Below, piece by piece: positions 37,553-44,078 of a stretch of 64,000 nucleotides of DNA (its first letter is position 1; every line of letters starts with the position of its first letter). Below the pieces are notes generated by a model. It had not been told where the DNA came from, searched no databases, and saw nothing but the letters and a program-made list of their open reading frames with translations. The translations under genes and the position numbers were made by a program. Origin of the DNA: a virus (taxonomy: Duplodnaviria; Caudoviricetes); the IMG/VR virus record IMGVR_UViG_3300008107_000089, positions 868-64,867 of that record, one strand, 5' to 3'.

Positions 37553-39091
37553 ATGGCACGTTACAATGTAAAAGCAAAACCAACTGTACAAACAGTTGTA
37601 AACCACCAAGGTGGTTCTGGGTATCAATATGACCCAAAAGTAGAATTAGTATCAATCTTAGCTACAGGCTTAGATAACAAATACTATGAGAAATTAGGTG
37701 AGCGCGAACAACGCTTTGCTAATGTTATAGCTGATGTAGCTAAAACAGATAAAACATTCGCTGCTAAAGCAATGGTTTATGCTCGTAGTGTTATGGGTCA
37801 AAGAACTGTTACACACTTCGGTGCTGTAGAATTAGCTAAAGTATTAGCTGGTGATAGCTTAGGTTCTAGATTCTTCTCTAAAAGAGCAAGAAAAGCAAAT
37901 GCTGGTGGTATTATCTATCGTTTAGACGATATGTTAGAAATCGCAGCATGCTACCAAGCAAGAAACCCAGGTAAACAATTGTCAAACGCAATTAAAAAAG
38001 GTTTCAAAGCAGCTTTAGAAGCAGCTGATGAATACGAATTAGCAAAATACCAAGCTAAAAATCGTGATTTGTCTTTAGTTGATATTGTTAACTTAGTACA
38101 CCCAAAACCATCTGAAAAAATGGTTCCTGTATTTGCTAAGTTGATGAAAGGTGAGTTAAAGCAATTTAACACTGTAGAAGATAAAAACACTAAAGCAGGT
38201 CAAGAAGTAGCAGCTAAAGTAAAAGCAGGTGAAATTACTGCTGATGAAGCTAAAACAGTATTAAGCGAAGCTAAAGAAGACAACTTTGCTGAATTGATTG
38301 AAACTCGTAAGATTGGATACTTAGCGTTACTACGTAACTTAAGAAACATCTTAAAAGTAGCTGGCAAACCAGGCTTAGTAAGCGGTGCTTGTGAATTGTT
38401 AGTTGATCCAAAATTGATTAAACAATCATTAGTATTCCCACACCAAATCGATTTAGCATTAGAAATATTGTTAGATGAATTTGGAAGCAAAGCACATGCG
38501 TTTGTTAAAGCATTAAATACAGCTTACGAAATATCAATTCCAAACTTAACTGAATTGTTTAAGACAGGAAAAACAGCAGTTGTATTTGATAGCTCTGGAT
38601 CAATGAGCTCAGCAATTAAATTAGCTAATAAGAGCCAAGGTTCTGAAGCAGCTATTGCTAAAGCAGCATTAATTGCAGCTACATTAGCTAAGGGTATTGG
38701 AGCTGACGTTTACCACTTCGCTGATAGCTGTGCTCAAATCAAGTTTAACCCACTTGATACAGTAAACACACTTAAGAGCCAATTCTTAAGCAAGCAAGGA
38801 TCAGTAGGATATGGTACAGCATTCCAAAGCATTATGAGAACCTTAGATGGTAAATACGATAGAGTATTTGTAATCTCAGATATGCAAGGTGCTGATATGG
38901 TGGATTCAAAAGCATATGCTAATACTCATATCTATTCAGTTGATATTTGCGGGTACGGAACTACAATGTTCAAACCAGGTAGCAAAGTATACAAAATATT
39001 TGGTTACTCAAGCGATATCTATGAATTGATTAAGAAAGTGGAAATTGATCCACAAGCATTGATTAAGGAAATCGAGAAGATAGAGATTTAA
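37553..39091 (+). CDS. Ro60/Rsr-like TROVE-domain RNA-binding protein with C-terminal vWA domain
   Basis: VNHQGGSGY, YQAKNRDLSLVDIVNLVHPKP, ALLRNLRNI, MIDAS VFDSSGSM, GYGT, VISDMQ, GYS. Own promoter motif at 37491. Confidence 0.88.
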   Translation: MARYNVKAKPTVQTVVNHQGGSGYQYDPKVELVSILATGLDNKYYEKLGEREQRFANVIADVAKTDKTFAAKAMVYARSVMGQRTVTHFGAVELAKVLAGDSLGSRFFSKRARKANAGGIIYRLDDMLEIAACYQARNPGKQLSNAIKKGFKAALEAADEYELAKYQAKNRDLSLVDIVNLVHPKPSEKMVPVFAKLMKGELKQFNTVEDKNTKAGQEVAAKVKAGEITADEAKTVLSEAKEDNFAELIETRKIGYLALLRNLRNILKVAGKPGLVSGACELLVDPKLIKQSLVFPHQIDLALEILLDEFGSKAHAFVKALNTAYEISIPNLTELFKTGKTAVVFDSSGSMSSAIKLANKSQGSEAAIAKAALIAATLAKGIGADVYHFADSCAQIKFNPLDTVNTLKSQFLSKQGSVGYGTAFQSIMRTLDGKYDRVFVISDMQGADMVDSKAYANTHIYSVDICGYGTTMFKPGSKVYKIFGYSSDIYELIKKVEIDPQALIKEIEKIEI

Positions 39092-39157
39092 TATAAGGGC
39101 GGTTTACCGCCGCCCCTATATATTTATATACACAAATAGATCTTTGATAAAAATATT

Positions 39158-39355
39158 ACCGTAGTAAGGGAGTGAGGTACTTCGCAATTAAATTTTGCGG
39201 CTTCAAGCCGCTCATTAATTATGATTCAATAATCAACCCCCCTCTGGTTACTAGGATAGAGGACGTATACTGGTGTGTAAAAAGCACTTGACAACGAGCA
39301 TAAACGTCCTAGTGCTGTTCGGAGCTTCCGAACGACTCACCCCAATTAACTCGGT
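39158..39355 (+). ncRNA. Large bulged-U module RNA (element D; candidate Y-like RNA)
   Basis: ACCG-T-AG/CT-CGGT, GGGAGTGAG/CTCACCCC, TACTTCG, several internal hairpins. Confidence 0.65.
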
Positions 39356-39365
39356 TACCTTATTT

Positions 39366-39435
39366 AATGCTGTAGTTATAATTGAGTTACTTCGCTTATA
39401 CATGAAAAACACTCAGTTAGTTATTCTCAGTTATT
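39366..39435 (+). ncRNA. Minimal bulged-U module RNA (element E; candidate Y-like RNA)
   Basis: CTG-T-AG/CT-CAG, TAATTGAGT/ACTCAGTTA, TACTTCG. Confidence 0.62.
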
Positions 39436-39452
39436 AATTTTTAAAAAAATCG

Positions 39453-39914
39453 GTGATGAACAGAACATTTAAAACTTTATCTCAACATCAAAAGGTTGAT
39501 TTAATACCATATATCAAAGAATATGTTTCACAACATCCAAATATTGAAATATTAGTTGGTTGTGATTCACAAAATAGAAAAAGAGAAACAATATACGCTA
39601 TCGTAATTGGTCTCTATACTCCAGGAAAAGGCGCTCACGTGCTATATTCAAAATTTGCTTCGCAACGCGAAAGAGAAAATACCGTTCGTTTATTAAACGA
39701 AGTATGGTTTTCTGTTGAAGTAGCTGAAGCGATTAAGAATGAAACTGGTATAATAGCAACCTGGATTGATATCGATCTAAATCCAGATCCAAAATATCGT
39801 TCTAACCAAGCATTATCAAGTGCTGTAGGTATAGTAACTGGTATGGGTTATAAAGTAAGACATAAGGGTTTATCACCTGTAATGACTTACGCAGCTGACC
39901 ATCTTGTAAAATAA
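39453..39914 (+). CDS. RNase H-like protein (YkuK/DUF458-like)
   Basis: LVGCDSQ, RLLNEV..S.EVA, IDIDLN, AADH acidic catalytic pattern. Confidence 0.72.
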   Translation: MMNRTFKTLSQHQKVDLIPYIKEYVSQHPNIEILVGCDSQNRKRETIYAIVIGLYTPGKGAHVLYSKFASQRERENTVRLLNEVWFSVEVAEAIKNETGIIATWIDIDLNPDPKYRSNQALSSAVGIVTGMGYKVRHKGLSPVMTYAADHLVK

Positions 39915-39953
39915 ATTTGGAGAAGTCAAAATAAGATTGTAAATTGACATTAT

Positions 39954-40163
39954 ATGAAAAAAGAATTATACGATATGCTTATGACATCAGCAATGGCTGA
40001 AAAATCAAAAGCATTACTAACTTTAGATTTGTTGTCGAACCACCCATCAGGGATAGGTGATCATTCAACAAAAGACTTCTACAACAATGCTGAAGAAGCA
40101 TTACAAATGTTAGTTGATGCTGAAGATAAGATCGAAGCACTTGAAAAACACTTTAAACAATAA
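39954..40163 (+). CDS. Small conserved phage protein
   Basis: PSGIGDHS motif. Confidence 0.55.
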   Translation: MKKELYDMLMTSAMAEKSKALLTLDLLSNHPSGIGDHSTKDFYNNAEEALQMLVDAEDKIEALEKHFKQ

Positions 40164-40166
40164 TTT

Positions 40167-40397
40167 ATGTTCTGGACTTATTATGTTGCTTGTTTTATTT
40201 ACTGTATTATAATGTCTATTAAAAAATGGAATAGGGACGTTATGGCAGGTGGATTAGGCATATCACCAGGACTTGAAAGTATAGGTTTAATTGTTATGTG
40301 CTGGATATTAGCTCCGGTAGATATTACTCTAACCTGGATTCGTATTTATAAAGAAGCTGAGGAAGCAAGAAGACGTGGTAGTAAGAGAAAATTGTAA
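40167..40397 (+). CDS. Small membrane protein
   Basis: Two hydrophobic segments. Confidence 0.5.
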   Translation: MFWTYYVACFIYCIIMSIKKWNRDVMAGGLGISPGLESIGLIVMCWILAPVDITLTWIRIYKEAEEARRRGSKRKL

Positions 40398-40549
40398 GGT
40401 GGTGAAATAGCCTAGGCTATGGCAGACACGCCCACTCGTCTCGTGGGTGCGGAGCTCGAGATAGATAAACGATAAGGGTTGACCACAAGCTGCAGCACAA
40501 ATGTCGTTTATTGAATCGCCGCGTGTTGGTTCGATTCCAACCCTTACAG
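40393..40549 (+). ncRNA. Oversized tRNA-like RNA (Leu-type D arm, GTC loop, about 70-nt variable arm)
   Basis: TGTAAGG/CCTTACA acceptor, GGCAGACAC, CCCAC-TCGTCTC-GTGGG, GTTGG-TTCGATT-CCAAC. Confidence 0.7.
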
Positions 40550-40587
40550 CAAATTACTGTTCTTTGACATATAAGGAGAAACAAATT

Positions 40588-40830
40588 ATGGAAATACTAT
40601 CATTCGTTTTAGGGATAGCGTCTGTGGTGGTTATTGCTACGGCAATAGTTGCTGTTTACGCATTCGTTAAGGTAAATAAAGTAAAAAAACAAATTGAGCA
40701 TAATGAAATATCGTTATCTCGTGAAATCGAAAATGTTTATAAAACAATAAACGAAGAAACACAAAATATCTATCGTCAAATGGATTCACGTCTTGATAGA
40801 TTAGAATCTAAATTAACTAATAAAAAATAA
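40588..40830 (+). CDS. Membrane-anchored coiled-coil protein
   Basis: ATG at 40588 after AAGGAG; TM helix then heptad repeats; flanked by a 15-bp inverted repeat. Confidence 0.6.
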   Translation: MEILSFVLGIASVVVIATAIVAVYAFVKVNKVKKQIEHNEISLSREIENVYKTINEETQNIYRQMDSRLDRLESKLTNKK

Positions 40831-40857
40831 AAAATAAGTTAAAGAACAGTAATTTAT

Positions 40858-40947
40858 GCCCTTGTGGTGGAATAGGTAGACACGCAGGACTTAAAATCCT
40901 GTGGACCGAAAAAGTCCGTGCGGGTTCGATTCCCGCTGGGGGCACCA
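40858..40947 (+). tRNA. tRNA-Leu(TAA)
   Basis: CAGGA-CTTAAAA-TCCTG; variable arm; CCA encoded. Confidence 0.92.
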
Positions 40948-40959
40948 ATAATTATAGAC

Positions 40960-41283
40960 ATGGCGTGCCATTGTTTAAGTCTTAAAAACGCGCAGGAATT
41001 TTACGGGATGTTGAAAGACCGTAATCCTGACTTAATCATGAAAATGGTTAAATGTGTCCTTAGTGCTTACAAACGAGACAAAGATCAAATAGACATATTT
41101 GATATTACGTTTAAAAGCATGGATCAACTTACATTCAGTATAGAAAAAGTACAATACAAAGAATTATTAGGCAATTGCATGAACGATTTGATTGCAATGG
41201 AAGAATATGAGCTATGTGCTGAGATTAAAAAGATACTGGAAGGTAAGAAACGTGGCCGTAAGCCAAAACTAGAAGTTCTTTAA
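40960..41283 (+). CDS. Hypothetical protein with a UVR-like helix
   Basis: EEYELCAEIKKIL; similar C-terminus to 32793-33095. Confidence 0.5.
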   Translation: MACHCLSLKNAQEFYGMLKDRNPDLIMKMVKCVLSAYKRDKDQIDIFDITFKSMDQLTFSIEKVQYKELLGNCMNDLIAMEEYELCAEIKKILEGKKRGRKPKLEVL

Positions 41284-41288
41284 AATAT

Positions 41289-41672
41289 GGGGATGTTTGG
41301 TATTGATTGCTATGCGATTGGTAGTACCACATGCAGACGTTCGGTAGTGTCGTCTTAAAAAGCTACAAACAAATAAATGACGAATTGTCAACTATGACCT
41401 TCGACGACCTTATGGCGTTCGTAGGTGCCGATTACGCTTTAGCAGCCTAGTCCGCGTCGGGTGTGAGTAACCTAGGAACAGAAGACCACTGAGTATTCAC
41501 GATCGACTCATTAAATAAGGACTGTGAATTAGTTTCCTGATGTCATAAATCAGGTGGTGGAAGTCGACCATATCGGTTCGCCCCTACTGATCAGATTTAT
41601 CAGATCTAAGCATGTGATATGCTGGTATTATGAATACTTAGCAAGACACGGGTTCGACTCCCGTCATCTCCA
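41289..41672 (+). ncRNA. ssrA: tmRNA
   Basis: 5' GGGGATG / 3' CATCTCCA Ala-type acceptor with G3:U, T arm GGTTCGACTCC, tag ORF 41379-41450 DELSTMTFDDLMAFVGADYALAA*. Confidence 0.93.
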
Positions 41673-41689
41673 CTTATTGTTCATCTTTT

Positions 41690-41718
41690 AAGGCAACCAG
41701 AAATGGTTGCCTTCTCTG
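41690..41718 (+). terminator. Hairpin terminator after tmRNA
   Basis: AAGGCAACCA-GAAA-TGGTTGCCTT. Confidence 0.7.
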
Positions 41719-41754
41719 TCATATTTATGTCCGAACCAATTAAAAAATTAAAAG

Positions 41755-42405
41755 ATGAAACAAAGAGCCACATCTCTGGCCATCAGCCTACGTGACAAAC
41801 TATTCCATTTATTCTTAATAAGTGCCTTATCATTTATAGGCCTTGCTTTTCTATTCCAAGTCTTCATGGTATTCTTGGAATTTAGTGGTAGAAGTGAATA
41901 TGCAACCCAAATAGCAAATGAAATTACTTGGAGAATGGATGGTACATTCAAAAACCATCCTGGTAATATCTGGTATAACGCAGATGAACATATCTACGTT
42001 GAAAAGGTTACTAACAAAGTAGTTGTTGGTAAATTAGCAGGTAACCGCAATTTAGAATTCGGTGTTAAAAACGTACTAGAAGAATACTTACAAGACAAAG
42101 GATATAATCTATCTCCAGATGCTGAAAATAAACTACGTGTTGAAATTATCTATTTAGACGTACTAACTACAAAGAAAAGTATTTCAGTATTCCATAAAGG
42201 TGAAGATGAAGTAGTTATTCGTTTAAAAGGAATCCTATACAAAGACGGTATAAAAGAAAAGGAAATAATTGTTGAAGAATCTTCATCTGAAATTTCTATG
42301 TCTACTTTACTTGTAGATCAAGGTGGAAAATTCAATCAAACATCATTAAGCAATGCTCTAAAGAAAGGTTGTGATAAACTAATCACTAAACTATTCGAAA
42401 AATAA
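41755..42405 (+). CDS. Membrane-anchored exported protein, first gene of the envelope operon
   Basis: N-terminal TM helix; alpha/beta domain similar in layout to CsgG/LptE-type folds (inference). Confidence 0.55.
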   Translation: MKQRATSLAISLRDKLFHLFLISALSFIGLAFLFQVFMVFLEFSGRSEYATQIANEITWRMDGTFKNHPGNIWYNADEHIYVEKVTNKVVVGKLAGNRNLEFGVKNVLEEYLQDKGYNLSPDAENKLRVEIIYLDVLTTKKSISVFHKGEDEVVIRLKGILYKDGIKEKEIIVEESSSEISMSTLLVDQGGKFNQTSLSNALKKGCDKLITKLFEK

Positions 42406-42407
42406 CT

Positions 42408-44078
42408 ATGAAAAAATTAATAGTAATTATAGGGGTATTATTGATGTCCCTAGCAGCTGACGCACAGTTAGTCGTCAACCAAACAGTAACTCCTTCATCT
42501 AATGTTAAAGTAGGTGATACAGTTACTGTGAAATATACTGTAACTAGAGGTACAACAACACCACGTTACTTCTGGTTAAGATATCAATTTAACAACAAGG
42601 CACTAACATTAGTACCAAACAGTACTGTATTCTCTCAAGGAACATCAGTACAAACATATTTTACAAACTGGAACAACTACAAATTTACTCCATCTAATAC
42701 TGCATCAGATACTTCATTATACGCGCAGTATCAGGCCTCACCTTGGTCTTATGCTACCAATGCTGATTGGAATGTAGGTCAATTAACAGTACAAAGAGCC
42801 GATGCGTCTATCAATGGCGATATTGCAACTCAAAAATATGTTATTAAAGATTTAGGTGCATATAACGACATTCATAAATTAGACTTAGCACATGCTATCA
42901 ACGATGCTTCAGTTTATATTTCACCAATCACAAGACCAAACATTAACGCTTCATTAACTAACGTAACCGGTAACACATCTCAATTTAAAGTAAGAGTATT
43001 ATTCCCTTCAGGATATAATATTACTGATCATAATGTTCAGTTGATGAGATTAAAGAACGATGGAACAGGTGATATTGACTGGTCACAACAACCAATTGCT
43101 CAATTACCATTAGATGCTAGTGGTGAAACTACATTTACAACACAAGTAAAAGTAGGTGATAGCTTAGGTGTATTTGTTAGTCCTGCTTCTCAAAAGCAGT
43201 GGATGAACAACGTAATTACTGTATCAGATGCTTATAAGGCATTCTTAGGACATTCTCAAACTGATATTAGTGGTAATGCTACTTTCTTCACTCGTCCAGT
43301 ATTAGAAAAGAAAATAGGCAATGTAACTAAAAACGATATGACGTTTAACGAATCAGACGCTTATTATTCATTTGCCTATGTAATGGGACAAGATGTATCA
43401 GCTCAAGCGTTTATTCCAACAGCAACAGCTACATCTTGGAGATGGCATAGTGGGTTATTAAACCAAAGCTGGCTAGATGGTACAACTAAAAATAGAGTAT
43501 ACATTACTAATTCAAATCAAACAGTAGATGCTGTATTTGCTTGGGCTGGTGATTTAGATTGGTCACATTCATCTCATCCAGATACTATTGCTGCAAGAAT
43601 AGCTGCAGGCATCTATACTAACAAAGCAAATCCAGGAACAGCAGACGTAGCTACAATTAAAACTATGGCAATGACTTCTACTATGAGTAATGCTTATGAA
43701 AAGACTGAAGTAGAGAAAGCTAGTTTAAATATTATTTCAACAATTGAGAATGGTAAAGTAGTTTTAGCTTGTGGGTTAACTAAAGAAGGTTTAGCAGGTT
43801 TACAAGTAGTAATGAACTACGATTCAACTAAATTAACTTTAGAAAATGTAATATTCAATACTGGCTCTACAATCACTAACTTCTCAACTAAAGATGAAGG
43901 TAGATTAACATTTGGATCTATTGATCAGTTAAAGACAGCTAGAATTAAAACAGGCACTCCATATAAATTAATATTCACACCAAAAGTACCAGTAAGTAAT
44001 ACTGCAGGGTTATTCTTCTTCGTATTAGCAGATGCAGTAGATGCGGCTGGTAAGAAAGTAGAACTTGTAGTAGAATAA
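42408..44078 (+). CDS. Secreted beta-rich protein with cohesin-like and dockerin-like segments
   Basis: Signal peptide ending ADA|Q; ITVSDAY / FNESDAY dockerin-like pair; C-terminal LAGLQVVMNYDSTKL cohesin-like. Confidence 0.55.
   Translation: MKKLIVIIGVLLMSLAADAQLVVNQTVTPSSNVKVGDTVTVKYTVTRGTTTPRYFWLRYQFNNKALTLVPNSTVFSQGTSVQTYFTNWNNYKFTPSNTASDTSLYAQYQASPWSYATNADWNVGQLTVQRADASINGDIATQKYVIKDLGAYNDIHKLDLAHAINDASVYISPITRPNINASLTNVTGNTSQFKVRVLFPSGYNITDHNVQLMRLKNDGTGDIDWSQQPIAQLPLDASGETTFTTQVKVGDSLGVFVSPASQKQWMNNVITVSDAYKAFLGHSQTDISGNATFFTRPVLEKKIGNVTKNDMTFNESDAYYSFAYVMGQDVSAQAFIPTATATSWRWHSGLLNQSWLDGTTKNRVYITNSNQTVDAVFAWAGDLDWSHSSHPDTIAARIAAGIYTNKANPGTADVATIKTMAMTSTMSNAYEKTEVEKASLNIISTIENGKVVLACGLTKEGLAGLQVVMNYDSTKLTLENVIFNTGSTITNFSTKDEGRLTFGSIDQLKTARIKTGTPYKLIFTPKVPVSNTAGLFFFVLADAVDAAGKKVELVVE

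Noticed and set aside
35295-39394. TACTTCG repeats as a CRISPR array
   Set aside because: Spacing is irregular (hundreds to thousands of nt), the identical core is only 7 nt, and no cas operon is present. Covarying stems point to structured RNAs instead.
40501-40587. Extended N-termini of ORFs 40501 and 40918 from the ORF track
   Set aside because: These extensions overlap tRNA-type genes; downstream ATGs at 40588 and 40960 are better starts.
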